Shown here piece by piece: positions 1 to 11,179 of a stretch of 64,000 bases of DNA; position 1 is the first letter of the stretch, and the number at the start of each line of letters is the position of its first letter. Below the pieces are notes generated by a model. The model searched no databases. It saw only the letters and a list, made by a program, of their open reading frames with translations, and was not told the DNA's origin. The stretch comes from Tubulanus polymorphus. Taxonomy: Eukaryota; Animalia; Nemertea. The DNA is taken from NCBI RefSeq assembly GCF_964204645.1, contig NC_134034.1, forward strand, positions 8,630,962 through 8,694,961, in the 5' to 3' direction. The position numbers and the translations under genes are program-made.

Positions 1-208
1 ACTATTTACGTCGTTTGTCAAATATTAAACAGAGGTTGGGAATGTTGTTTAAACGTTGTTGTAACGTTTTCAGTAAGATCTAGAAAACGCTAAAAAAACT
101 CTACACAAAAACATTGTAGAAAAGTTAGAGCAACGTTTTTTGTAACGTTGTCAATGTCAGGGAAAACATATTTGGCAACGTTGCCTCAACATAAAAATGT
201 TACCTGGG
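1..208. mobile_element. Probable end of a non-autonomous DNA transposon (CCCAG-type terminus, internal AACGTT repeats)
   Basis: Repeated AACGTT/CAACGTT motifs ending in TGTTACCTGGG at 198-208. The other end lies outside the window. Confidence 0.35.
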
Positions 209-275
209 CCATTTCTGCTTACGTTGGCCGCAGCGGCTACTTTAGCAAAGCTATTTTCTGTCCTACTCTCGAAGA

Positions 276-1009
276 ATGGTAGACGTCGGAAATCCGGAAC
301 AGAGTGAAAGAGTAACGAGCGAACTAATGGTGAAAAACATGGAGACCTGTATAACGGATATTAAATCATGGCTTACTGCTAATAAGCTCGCGCTGAACCC
401 TCCAAAGACGGAGGCTGTTAATCTTGTGTCTACGAGAAAAGTTGGATCATTGCCTGAGATTGAAGTAGACGGTGTTCCGATTACAACCTCTGAGTCTGTT
501 AAGGACCTAGGGGCTTGGTTGGACCAGGGTATGACTATGCCGGAGCATATGAAACGTACTTGTAAAGCTGCTTACGCGTCTTTGTATAAAATTGGTCGCA
601 TATGCCGATTCTTGGACCAAAACAGCACTATAAAATTAGTTCATGCTTTCGTCCTGTCCCGTCTTGATTTTAACAATGGAATACTTTACGGACTACCGGC
701 AAAAACATTAGCGCCTCTTCAGCGAGTACAAAATATGGCAGCCAGATTAGTGTGTCGTAAAAGGAAGTTTGATAGAATAACACCTATTCTCATAGAACTC
801 CATTGGCTGCCTGTCCAGGTTAGAATCGAGTTTAAGATCTTGTCAACCGTACACCGTTGTATCCATGGATCTGCTCCAATTTACTTATCAAATCTGCTAC
901 GTAGGGTAGAGGGGCGCACTCGTTCTTCTACCAGCCTTGCTTTACACGTTCCTCGTTCTAAATCCAAGTATGGCGGCCGTGCCTTTTCTAGCTGTGCACC
1001 CTACCTTTG
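276..1009 (+). mobile_element. L2-clade (CR1 group) LINE, 5'-truncated, RT C-terminal region; left part
   Basis: Motifs WLTANKLALNPPKTE, VKDLGAWLD, LVHAFVLSRLDFNN, LQRVQNMAARLV, LHWLPV, GRAFSSCAPYL. The frame resumes at 7648 once the BEL insertion is removed. Confidence 0.9.
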
Positions 1010-1567
1010 TGTAAGACTTCTTCCACGACTTTTATATATTTTATCATACTCGACGTTTCAGGTCGCAATTTCCGTCTTGCTTTATTTCGACCTATGAGTT
1101 TTCATTGTAGTTTCAAATATGGCCGCGAGAAAAGTAAGTTAGTTTCTCGTCGGTGGTAATTATTACTTACGTTACGCAACAAATAAGGGGAAATTTCGGT
1201 ATGTATAATGTTTATCATACTTCTAAGATTACCGACAAATGTTGTTTGTATAATGTCGTATGCTCATATCTAAGTAAAATGGGTTAACAAGTTGTTATTT
1301 TCCCGGTGCATGGTGGCAGCACCATACGGTTGATTTACATGTGTTTGTTCTAAATGCTTCCGCGGGTTGTACTCGGAAGATGTCTGATAGCCATTTGCCA
1401 GAATTTTGTTTTACCATTAGTTCAGTCACCAGAGTTGTAATATCAGTATTGTGAAACTTATGATGCATTTATTTGTATTTTGTAGTCAATCTTCTTTCTG
1501 GATGAATGGACGAATAAACCTAAACAATTAGATATAAGAAAATCTTGTAATCAGTTTTATGTCTACA
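1010..1567 (+). repeat. Putative 5' LTR of the BEL element (no matching 3' copy)
   Basis: TGTAAGAC...GTCTACA imperfect inverted ends, a GTAAGT...TTTTGTAG intron-like segment, AATAAA near 1513. It ends 30 nt before the ATG. Confidence 0.65.
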
Positions 1568-1597
1568 TCATTGACGAAATCCGAAGTTTGAAGAACT

Positions 1598-4500
1598 ATG
1601 TCGTGTACAGATGGGCCTGGTACAAGTGGTGGCCAACCTGGTGTAAGTCGTGCTCAACGTGATGTTAGTAATGGTCAACCCGGTCTCAGTAATGGTCAAC
1701 GTGGTCTCAGTAGTGGTCAACGTCCTGGTCTAAGCGGTGATCGAGCTGGTGTAACTAGTGGTCAAAGTGATGTTGGTAACCGCAATGGCGATAGTGAAAC
1801 CGATGAAGAGATACAATTTCCACATCTACCTTCAAGGGCCTTACCCCCGAGAATATCAGACGACGAGGCAAGACTTGCCTACATGGGTCTCTGCCTATCC
1901 CAGCACAAAAGAAAACACGAAATCGAAGCTCTTCGCTTAGAACTCAAGCTAGAAGAGGAACGAATGGAGATAGAGTCACAAATTGCTGAACTCAAGCTGA
2001 AATTAGGGGTAAAGCCTAGCTACAATTCGATGAATCCAAATGTTGAACCCTTCGTGCCAGGGGCTGCTTCCACCCCAGAGGCGGTCGTTAATGCCGGTGG
2101 TCATGATGCTGTTGGTGGCAACCAGAGTGCGGGTGATAATGTCAATCACGGTCAGTCCGTATCAAATCAAAATGACGTAACATCAATAGTAAATGAGCTA
2201 AGAAAGCCAAAAATCGAACTGAAAACTTTCGGTGGTGATCCATTATCGTATCCAAAATTTAAACGGCAATTTGAGACATGCATCTTACAGTTTTCTGAGT
2301 CATTTGAAGAAAGACTTTCCTACTTGGAACAGTACACAACTGGTGCCGCAAATAAGATAGTTAGTGGATTCAGTCATTTGCCAGCTGAAGTCGGCTACCG
2401 GGCAGCTATGAACGAGCTAAATGATAGATATGGGGACCAAGAAACTGTTGCAAACGCTTACGTGAAACGAGCATTAGAATGGCCTAGTATTAAGGCGGAC
2501 AATCCTGCCGGCTTGGATGAGTACGCCATATTTCTCACTGAGGTGCTGCATGCCGTTAGTAGCATCGATGGACTGAAAATCTTAGAGTTTTCTGATAATG
2601 TAAAACGGCTCGTTCAAAAACTCCCGTACCATATGCATGACCGGTGGCGAAATATCGTAGCTAGTAAACGCGATCTTGGCATTAGTGTACAGTTTAAAGA
2701 TTTAGTAATGTTCGTATCTCGTGAAGCAAAGAAGGTGAACGATCCTGTCTATGGGCGCACAGCATTAACCAGCACCTCAAGTACCGAAAATCGGGAGACT
2801 CGTGACAAGAAAATGAATAATGGCCCGAAGCCAAAACGTCAAAGCCATTCATTCGCAGCAGTTAGCCAGCAAGTAGACGGTTTTAGTAAGCCATGTGCCC
2901 ACTGTAACCGTAATGGCCATGACCTGGTTAACTGCATGGAATTCCTTGATTTGGCAGACGACGCTAAATCTAAACGTCTTCGTAGTCTCAATCTGTGTAA
3001 TGGGTGTCTCAAGCCGGGGCACCCTAAACGCTTCTGTAGAAATGTGTTGAAATGTAATATTTGCGCCAAATCGCATCCAACAGTATTACATTTTAAGAAA
3101 GCCGTGAATACGGAAAAGTTAACTTCTACAAGTCCGGTAGTAAATGTGACTCAGATGAACAACGCAAGAGATACACAATGCACCTTAGCAATTCTGCCAG
3201 TTAGACTTGGTACTGTAAATGGATCAGGATATGTGGATACGTACGCCTATTTTGATCCGGGCAGCACCGTATCGTTTGTGACCAGCGACTTATGTGAACT
3301 GCTCAGTGCAAAGGGTCGTCAGTCGACCATGCGTATCCAGACAATTGGATCAGAATATCAACTCGAAACTTTCGCAATAAAAGACCTCACCGTTAGTAAC
3401 TATCAGACGGGTGAAACGGTAAAGCTACCGAGTGTTTACTCAAAGGACGAAATATCTATACCGGAGCGGTGTTTCCCATCTCCGGAGGACATTGATAAAT
3501 GGCCTCACCTAAGAGGTATAGATGTTGCCCAACTCTACACGAAGAAGGTTGGAATTTTGATCGGTAACAATGTCCCCGAAGCCTATTCACCATCTGAAGT
3601 CCGTACTGCCGAGACAGCAAATAGTCCTCACGCATGTCGAACGAAGCTCGGTTGGTTGATCTGGAATTTGTATCGTAGTGACGTTATGCCTGTTGAAACC
3701 TGCAACACGATTATCGGGGAGAACGAAAGTTTACATCGCTTGTTAGAGAACTCTATCAAACTCGACTTCCCTGAAAATGTAGCACGGGAATGCAGGGAGT
3801 ATTCTCAGGAGGATCAACGTTTTATGAAGATAGTTACTGAGTCAACTAGTGTACAGGACTCTCACTATTCGGTCGCGCTTCCGTTTGTTGAAGATGATTT
3901 CGACCTACCGGATAATCGCAGCTCAGCGGAGCGCAGGCTTGAGCATCTAAAAAGAAAGTTTGAAAATGATGAGTCTCTGTACAGTACATACAAAGGTGTT
4001 ATTGACCTTATGCTAGAATCGGGTCATGCAGAGGAGGTTCCATTGTACACGACCAGAGAACGACCTGTTTGGTACCTACCGCATCATGCAGTTAGGCATC
4101 CGGCCAAACCAGATAAACCGAGGGTTGTGTTTGATTGCTCTGCAAAGTATCTTGGTGTATCATTAAATGAGAAACTTTTGCAAGGACCAGACTTCACAAA
4201 CTCCTTGTTAGGTGTACTGTTACGTTTCAGAGAATATTCTATTGCCATTAAATCGGACATTCAGAAAATGTTTTACCAGGTTAAGGTTCCGGCTGCGGAC
4301 CGGGATGTCCTACGATTTCTCTGGTGGAAAGACGGTGACATGGGTAAAATTCCAACCGAATACCGTATGACTGTGCATCCATTCGGCGCAGTATCATCGC
4401 CCAGCTGTGCTAATTACGCGTTACGTCGTTTGGTCGTCGATTACCCTAACTTCCCGTTAGAAGTCAAGGACTGTATCGTTAGAAACTTCTATGTTGATGA

Positions 4501-7123
4501 CTTCCTCAAATCGGTCGAAACGATTCCTGAAGCTCTGAAGCTAGTAAGTAGTATCAGTGATTTATGCGCTCTCGGCGGTTTTAATCTAACTGGATGGTTG
4601 AGCAACAATCGCAAAGTTCTCGAAAGCGTCGAAAGGTCGAAGTTAGCTAAAGGTATGATAGATGATGTTCTACCAACTGAGGGCGCTCTTGGTATTAAAT
4701 GGTGCGCGGAAACTGATGCGTTCGAATTTATTATGCCTGACAAAGAGGTTAAACCAACACGGCGTGGTGTTTTATCGTTCATATGTTCAATCTATGATCC
4801 TATCGGCTTTCTTAGCCCATACATATTACCTGGCAAGGTATTGTTACAAAACTTGACACTGCGAAAAGCTGAATGGGATGAAACTATCAAATCAGAAGAG
4901 TCCAAATTATTTGAATCATGGTGCGAAGATATGTCTAGAATGTCGTCGTTTAAAATCCCAAGATGCTGCGTGCCTGAAGGTTTCTCAGATATAGTCGACA
5001 ATCAGTTACACATATTTGCCGACGCTAGCATCCACGGCTACGGAATGTGTGCGTACATACGCTTTGTGGACTCTAGTGGTAAAATTGGTTGCTCACTCGT
5101 ACTTGGTAAAGCTCGAGTAGCTCCGCTGAAATCTGTTTCGATCCCGCGTTTAGAGCTGACTGCCGCAGCCACAGCAGTGAAACTCAGTAATGTGCTTCAG
5201 AATGAGCTAAGCAGAAAAATCGATAGCGTACATTACTGGTCGGACAGTAAGGTAGTTCTTTGTTATATTCGAAACACCACATCCAGATATAGCACGTTTG
5301 TAGCAAATCGTATCGCTGTCATACGCGATGGGTCTGAAGTGAAGGATTGGCGTCATGTGCCCACCGACCAGAATCCTGCCGATTACCCATCACGTGGATT
5401 AAGTTTCGATGACGTTGAGAAAAGTCGTTTATGGTGTGAGGGTCCAGACTTCTTGCGGAAAACCGAGGAACACTGGCCAGTTGAAAGTGTTGGAGACGAT
5501 GACGTCTCAAGTGAAGATTTAGAGATTAAAGCTAGCAGTAATGTTATTATGACCTCATCTGAAAGGGACGCTACCCTAGACCCTGTCGTAAAACACTACT
5601 CCGACTGGTACCGTCTTCGAAGAGGTGTCGCATGGTTTGTCTCTGTAAAGGAATATTTACGCGCTCGTGTCCGTCTTCGTAAAGAACTCCAAGGCAAATC
5701 CGATAGAGAAGTAAATTCCGCTCTAGCTGAGATCAAATTGCGTAGACCTGCTGTCGGCATGATAGAGCAAGCTACAAATGCTATCATTAGTTGTGAACAG
5801 CAACGGTATTATAATGAGGAATTCCGCACATTACAAAAGGGAAAAGCGATCAAGCGGCGAAGTCCCTTATATAAGTTTGATGTATTCATCGATAGTGACC
5901 ACCTGCTACGGGTTGGGGGTCGTATTGGCCGTGCTAGAATCCCATTTGAAGCTAAACACCCGATAATATTGCCTAAAATGTCGCACGTGTCTAGGCTGAT
6001 AATTCGTGAGACCCATTCAAATGTTGGACATCTGGGAAAGGACACTGTCCTCGCTCGTCTACGGGATCAGTTTTGGGTCCAAGGTGGTCCCGGCCGGGTG
6101 AAATCCATTGTTGGTGATTGTGGTACTTGTCGTCGATATCAGCGTGCCTTTTGTCGTCAAAAGATGGCCGACCTTCCACAAGAGAGGTTGGGTATAGGCG
6201 ACCCGCCGTTCTCTAACACTGGCGTGGACTATTTTGGCCCGTTCACCATAAAGCACCGTCGCTCCGAGGTCAAGCGTTATGGCGTGATCTTCAGCTGCAT
6301 GACGTCTAGGGCCGTACATTTGGAGATAGCCCACTCTCTGGAAACTGACTCGTGTATTAACGCGTATCGAAGGTTCGTATCTAGACGAGGGCCGGTCCGC
6401 GTGATGCGCTCTGATAACGGAACAAACCTGGTTGGGGCTCGAGCTGAGTTAGAGGCTGCATTAAAGGATCTCGATGGTGAGAAAATAGAATCCGAGTTAG
6501 CAAAGATCGGTGTTAGATGGGAGCTGAACCCGCCGACTGCCTCCCATTTTGGCGGGATTTGGGAGCGACTGATCCGTTCTGTAAGAAAGGTTCTACACGG
6601 TCTAATAAAGGAGCATTCATATAGGTTAGATGATGAGACGTTGTCCACGTTAATGTGTGAAGTGGAGTGCATCCTCAACAATAGACCTTTAACCAAACCG
6701 ACTGGCGATGTGAACGACCCACCACCTCTCACTCCAAATCATCTACTGTTAGGTAGAGGCATTAGTTGCGACGCTCCAGGCTTATTTGTTAAGAAAGATC
6801 TGTATGTTAAAAGGCGCTGGAGGTGCGTTCAGTACTTGGTAGACCAGTTTTGGTCTCGATGGTTGGTTGAATATCTACCATTGTTGCAACTCCGCCAGAA
6901 ATGGCAAACCGATTCTGGCGATCCAAATCTCCAGATCGGAGACGTTGTCTTGCTCGCGGATGGCGGTGCCCGAAATAGTTGGGCAATGGGTAAAGTTATC
7001 GAGACCTTTCCTGATTCTCAGGGTGCGGTCAGGTCAGTGAAAGTTAAAACAGCTAATAATGCGCTTGTGAGGCCTATTCACAAGTTAGTACTATTACTAG
7101 AGGTAGATTCACCTCGTGATTAA
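1598..7123 (+). CDS. BEL/Pao gag-pol polyprotein, intact (1841 aa)
   Basis: Gag region (FGGDP..YPKF), three Cys/His knuckles, protease YFDPGS, RT KPRVVFDCSA / SDIQKMF / FYVDD, BEL RNase H LHIFADAS / IPRLEL / WSDS / NPAD, integrase zinc finger plus GVDYFGP / SDNGTN / GGIWE. Confidence 0.96.
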   Translation: MSCTDGPGTSGGQPGVSRAQRDVSNGQPGLSNGQRGLSSGQRPGLSGDRAGVTSGQSDVGNRNGDSETDEEIQFPHLPSRALPPRISDDEARLAYMGLCLSQHKRKHEIEALRLELKLEEERMEIESQIAELKLKLGVKPSYNSMNPNVEPFVPGAASTPEAVVNAGGHDAVGGNQSAGDNVNHGQSVSNQNDVTSIVNELRKPKIELKTFGGDPLSYPKFKRQFETCILQFSESFEERLSYLEQYTTGAANKIVSGFSHLPAEVGYRAAMNELNDRYGDQETVANAYVKRALEWPSIKADNPAGLDEYAIFLTEVLHAVSSIDGLKILEFSDNVKRLVQKLPYHMHDRWRNIVASKRDLGISVQFKDLVMFVSREAKKVNDPVYGRTALTSTSSTENRETRDKKMNNGPKPKRQSHSFAAVSQQVDGFSKPCAHCNRNGHDLVNCMEFLDLADDAKSKRLRSLNLCNGCLKPGHPKRFCRNVLKCNICAKSHPTVLHFKKAVNTEKLTSTSPVVNVTQMNNARDTQCTLAILPVRLGTVNGSGYVDTYAYFDPGSTVSFVTSDLCELLSAKGRQSTMRIQTIGSEYQLETFAIKDLTVSNYQTGETVKLPSVYSKDEISIPERCFPSPEDIDKWPHLRGIDVAQLYTKKVGILIGNNVPEAYSPSEVRTAETANSPHACRTKLGWLIWNLYRSDVMPVETCNTIIGENESLHRLLENSIKLDFPENVARECREYSQEDQRFMKIVTESTSVQDSHYSVALPFVEDDFDLPDNRSSAERRLEHLKRKFENDESLYSTYKGVIDLMLESGHAEEVPLYTTRERPVWYLPHHAVRHPAKPDKPRVVFDCSAKYLGVSLNEKLLQGPDFTNSLLGVLLRFREYSIAIKSDIQKMFYQVKVPAADRDVLRFLWWKDGDMGKIPTEYRMTVHPFGAVSSPSCANYALRRLVVDYPNFPLEVKDCIVRNFYVDDFLKSVETIPEALKLVSSISDLCALGGFNLTGWLSNNRKVLESVERSKLAKGMIDDVLPTEGALGIKWCAETDAFEFIMPDKEVKPTRRGVLSFICSIYDPIGFLSPYILPGKVLLQNLTLRKAEWDETIKSEESKLFESWCEDMSRMSSFKIPRCCVPEGFSDIVDNQLHIFADASIHGYGMCAYIRFVDSSGKIGCSLVLGKARVAPLKSVSIPRLELTAAATAVKLSNVLQNELSRKIDSVHYWSDSKVVLCYIRNTTSRYSTFVANRIAVIRDGSEVKDWRHVPTDQNPADYPSRGLSFDDVEKSRLWCEGPDFLRKTEEHWPVESVGDDDVSSEDLEIKASSNVIMTSSERDATLDPVVKHYSDWYRLRRGVAWFVSVKEYLRARVRLRKELQGKSDREVNSALAEIKLRRPAVGMIEQATNAIISCEQQRYYNEEFRTLQKGKAIKRRSPLYKFDVFIDSDHLLRVGGRIGRARIPFEAKHPIILPKMSHVSRLIIRETHSNVGHLGKDTVLARLRDQFWVQGGPGRVKSIVGDCGTCRRYQRAFCRQKMADLPQERLGIGDPPFSNTGVDYFGPFTIKHRRSEVKRYGVIFSCMTSRAVHLEIAHSLETDSCINAYRRFVSRRGPVRVMRSDNGTNLVGARAELEAALKDLDGEKIESELAKIGVRWELNPPTASHFGGIWERLIRSVRKVLHGLIKEHSYRLDDETLSTLMCEVECILNNRPLTKPTGDVNDPPPLTPNHLLLGRGISCDAPGLFVKKDLYVKRRWRCVQYLVDQFWSRWLVEYLPLLQLRQKWQTDSGDPNLQIGDVVLLADGGARNSWAMGKVIETFPDSQGAVRSVKVKTANNALVRPIHKLVLLLEVDSPRD

Positions 7124-7647
7124 CTATTTTATATTGCTTGTTATTTTGAAGTTTGTATTTTATACTTTGAGCACACTTGAATATTTAGTTCTGAGTTAGT
7201 AATAGTTCTATATTATGGTTTGATTAGTTTAGGCTTAGTAACCGTTGTCTTAGGAGCATAATTCTTGGTACTCGGTTATGCCCATTGTGTTGTTTCGATT
7301 TGCAATAGTATGTGCAATCGTTAAATCAATTTTCATATTTTATAAATCAATATGCAGTGTTAGCTTTTAAGACTTATCTTAGTATTGGCATAGTATGTTA
7401 ACTATATTCTAAAAGTTTCAACTTAATGACAATCAAGCGATCTGGTCTAAATGGCTGTATGGTATTACTATAACCTGGTTTAAGGTCTTGGGTGAATGTA
7501 AGGCTAAAATTATGTATGTAATAAGTGTAATAAGAGTCAAAAAGGTTTATGTATGCAATAAGAGTATTACGAGTCGAGCAGGTTAATAGGTCGTTTGGAA
7601 ATTAGTTAACGCTCTTAAGTAAGAAATTGTTAATTATGTTCTTAACA

Positions 7648-7792
7648 CTTTGGAATAGACTACCCATTTCCATTCGTTCCACCGTTGACGAAGGATCTTT
7701 TCGCAACGCTCTAAAGACATATCTGTTTTTGCAGTATTACCAGGAGATAGCGCTTTGAGCGTGGGATACTGCGGAAAAACGCTTTAAAAGAA

Positions 7793-7857
<65 letters not shown>
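7648..7857 (+). mobile_element. L2 LINE right part: ORF end, 3' UTR and (TTA)n tail
   Basis: Reads WNRLPISIRSTVDEGSFRNALKTYLF... with TGA at 7756-7758, then an AGCGCTTTGAG...AAAACGCTTT L2-type tail and (TTA)n at about 7793-7857. Confidence 0.88.
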
Positions 7858-7860
<3 letters not shown>

Positions 7861-7929
7861 ATCAGTTTGGAATACCAAAAACAGAGATTCAAGACAGATT
7901 GAGGCATGAAAAGTGATACAAAAACAAAG

Positions 7930-8103
7930 GTGACGAGTAGTGACATAGAGAGACAAACAACGATTAACACATTCTGACACAGACAAACGGTCTCAGAGGA
8001 CAATGAATGAGTAATTAGATGGAAACATAAAACAATAAAGAAATACGAAATATAGATGAAGTATATATAACAATCATCAGTGACATTTAGTGTTGTTAAA
8101 CTA
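7930..8103 (-). repeat. Dispersed repeat, probably a LINE 3' UTR fragment
   Basis: Its reverse complement (TTAACAACACTAAATGTC...GAGACCGTTTGTCTGTGTC) aligns by eye with 28291-28445. Confidence 0.55.
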
Positions 8104-8347
8104 CTGCGATGCATTCAAACTGCTTAAAAGAGCATTTCCGTGTGCAACCGTCGTTTATAATTTTTTCAGAAACTACAGGAACAGGTATGTTGTGCCAACA
8201 ATTTTAAAACTATCAAGTTTCCACATCTGAAGTGCGAATCAAATAGATCTTTATTTTGTTTATTCAAGGCAAGACTTTGGCAATGACAGCTGCGCTGTGA
8301 ACGTGTAGCTTCCGGCATGTTTATAACCATACGAGATCATTGGCCAG

Positions 8348-10330
8348 ATGGGCTTAACTATGTTGCCGATCGGTTACGACGACTTACCATCTTCCAAAAA
8401 GCAAGAAAATATGTCAGTGCAGACTTTCAATGGTTTTGCCACAGGAACGAAAGGCGAGGGCAAAACTAATGTAATAGCAGGCATCCTCCTCGCAACAAAC
8501 ATAGAGTCTGCAAGAACGAGCCGGAAATATTTCAAGATTCTATAGCTTCAAATTTCCTTGTCAAACTTGATTAATGCAGAGGATAATTTGCATCAATTAT
8601 GACAGAACAGTATTCAAACCTTTCATAGACCAGGCAGATAGTGATGGGACAACGACATCCCGTTTAAACAGAATAATATATTCAACCAAGCAACCAATCG
8701 ATATGATGACGGCTTTACATGGATATGTCGTAGCTGGGTTGGAAGATATTTCTACCCTAGAAGAATTGGAGCAAGAGAAATTGAAATTGGTTGCGTGTCT
8801 GCTTGAATAACGCATGCCTACTTTTTATTACAAAGAAAAGTAAACGAAATGTAATGTGAATCTCACATGTTGATTTCAAGTCTTGAAACTTAAAGTTGTG
8901 TAAAAAGCTGCCAGGCGTGACTTTCGAAGAAGTGATCAAACTTTTATCGACAACGTGGATGGATAAGCTCAGTAAGATCTATACAAAGAACGCAAACTTT
9001 GTTTTAGACCATTTTCTTCTGCGTGTTTTGGCTGAGGGTGGAAAGGTATTTATTTCACACCTTAGTCACGTACATGAGTATTATTGCAGGAGGTGTATTA
9101 AAAATATTTCTTATTCTTTCTAATTTCTTTATCTAAGTAGAGCAACGGATGAAGATTGTGTCGCTTAATCACGTGCCATCAGTGGCAATAGACCTTAATT
9201 CCTCGACAACGATCGATGATGTCGTCGAGATGAAGAAAAAAGCTCAAAGAGAGGGTGGCTATCAAAATAAAGTTATGTTGATGCCAGTTATGTATACCTG
9301 GAACTTTTTCATCAGTTCTCATCCCGAAAAATTTCATGCTTTAATACTTTTTTAAATGAATTAATGAATTTAAATGAATTTAAACTCTTCAAATTCAGCT
9401 ACGTAGAGTTTGGAGAATGGATAATGTTTTAATGAATGATTTGTTTGAATATAGTCAGTTTCACATACAAAGAGCCTTTGCTCTGGAAACTATGTTATTT
9501 AAATTCGCTCCATTTGTTTAGTAATGGGCTCAGCCTACGGTTGGCCTAAAAATCAAATGCTTTTTTCCTTTTCAGAATCAGTGAATGAATCTGTCAGTAC
9601 CGATGAAGAAGAAGAATTGAGTGATAATGCTGACGATTCGGATAGAGCTAAAGTTGAAAGTAAAGGATCTGAAGACAATGGTAAGAATCTGATTCGTAAG
9701 CAATCTATATTACAAATTTATAGTGAATAATTTTGTAAGTACGAGTCAAGTCTAATGCTTTTTTCTTTTCAGAATCAGTGAATGAATCTGTCGGTACCGA
9801 TGAAAACGAAGAGTCGAGTGAAAATGCAGATCATTCGGATAGACAATGGTAAAAATCTGAATCGTAAGCAATCTAGATTTCACATTTAAAATGAATACTT
9901 TGTAAGTATGAGCCAGGTATAAAGTAGGCCCTATACTGATTTTCCTTTTCAGGATCTATTAACAGTACTGATGAAAATGAAGAATCGAGTGAAAATGCTG
10001 ATGATTTGGATAGAGCTGAAGCTGAAAGTGAAGTCATTGGTAAGGAGTCACCTACCATTAGCAAGCACATGATATTAGAAAAAATTAACATTCTACGGTG
10101 ATATTTTTTTTTCTTTTACAGATCTAGATCATGCTTTTCAAAACTTAAAGGTGGTTGAGACGCAACGAAGTGATATTTGCCCTTCGCCTATATGTAAAAA
10201 TGTTAGTGGCCAAATGGTTTAATGCGACGCTTGTACCCAATGGTATCATATGAAATGCCTGAAAATGTCATTGAAATCACACAGAGAAGTGACAAATAGA
10301 AGATTTGAATGTTTCAAGTGTAAATTGTAT
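8348..10330 (+). pseudogene. Decayed spliced gene with tandem acidic mini-exons and a C-terminal PHD finger (possibly DNA-transposon cargo)
   Basis: Exons 9576-9680, 9773-9848 and 9953-10039 have AG/GT borders. The last exon, from 10122, encodes CPSPIC...MV*CDACTQWYHMKC...FECFKC (C4HC3) with one stop. The link to the upstream ORF pieces is inferred. Confidence 0.6.
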
Positions 10331-10395
10331 GAATTATATTGCTACAAAAATATACATGTATACTTAATAATGTACTCATGTGTTGTTATGTAAAT

Positions 10396-10925
10396 ATTAC
10401 TAGGTTTTATCTGGTTATTACAGCTATTACAGCTTATTACACCTCAATTACATTGAATTACAGATTTATGCAAAATGCCTTAAAATGTTTTATCTGGATA
10501 TTACAGATTTATGCCAAATGGTACTAGGTTTTATCTGGTTATTACAGCTTATTACACCTCGATTACAGCGAAGTACATTGAATTACAGATTTATGCCGAA
10601 TGTTAGGAGGTTTTATCAGGTTATTACAGTTATTACAGCTTATTACACCTCGATTACAGCGAATTACATTGAATCACAGATTTATGCAAAATATAACTAG
10701 GTTTTATCTGGTTATTACAGTGCTATTACAGATTATTACACTTCAATTATAGTGAATAACATTGAATTACCGATTTATGCCTTATATTATCAGGTTTTAT
10801 CTGGTTATTACAGCTATTACAACTTATTACACTTATTACATTGAATAACAGATTTATGCCTTAGCTTATTCCACCTCGATTACAGCGAATTACATTGAAT
10901 TACAGATTTACGCCTTACATTACTT
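10396..10925. repeat. Tandem repeat, unit about 100 bp, built from ATTACA sub-repeats
   Basis: About 5-6 copies of AGGTTTTATCTGGTTATTACAG...CTCGATTACAGCGAATTACATTGAATTACAGATTTATGC. Confidence 0.9.
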
Positions 10926-11179
10926 GAAGATCTTTATGTATTTTTGATATTATGTATATAGGCCTGTCTTATGAAATGAGTTTAGGTCTATGCATTGCGT
11001 ATGTCTGAGGCTAAACGAAGCCAGGGATTTTATACAAATTACATGTAATGTGGAAAAAAAAGTTAAAAAATTAATTTTGGGACCCAATTTTGAAACTAAG
11101 ATTAAATTAAATTATAACGATAAATTTTCGTGATTGCGCGCGTGTTGTGTTAGTCGCCCTTCCATGGCGCCTTCTCGTG

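Larger units (their letters stand above)
1010..7647 (+). mobile_element. BEL/Pao LTR retrotransposon inserted in the L2 LINE
   Basis: Starts TGTAAGAC at 1010 and ends CTTAACA at 7647. 5-bp TSD CTTTG at 1005-1009 and 7648-7652. Removing it restores the L2 frame APYL/WNRLPISIR. Confidence 0.93.

Noticed and set aside
1010-1097. Hydrophobic C-terminus of the 273-aa ORF
   Set aside because: Read-through into the BEL LTR. The real L2 C-terminus is at 7648-7758.
2839-6732. Numerous short minus-strand ORFs within the BEL element
   Set aside because: Shadow frames of the long polyprotein with no independent motifs.
7737-8114. Minus-strand ORF with poly-Asn
   Set aside because: It is the antisense reading of the L2 (TTA)n tail plus a UTR fragment.
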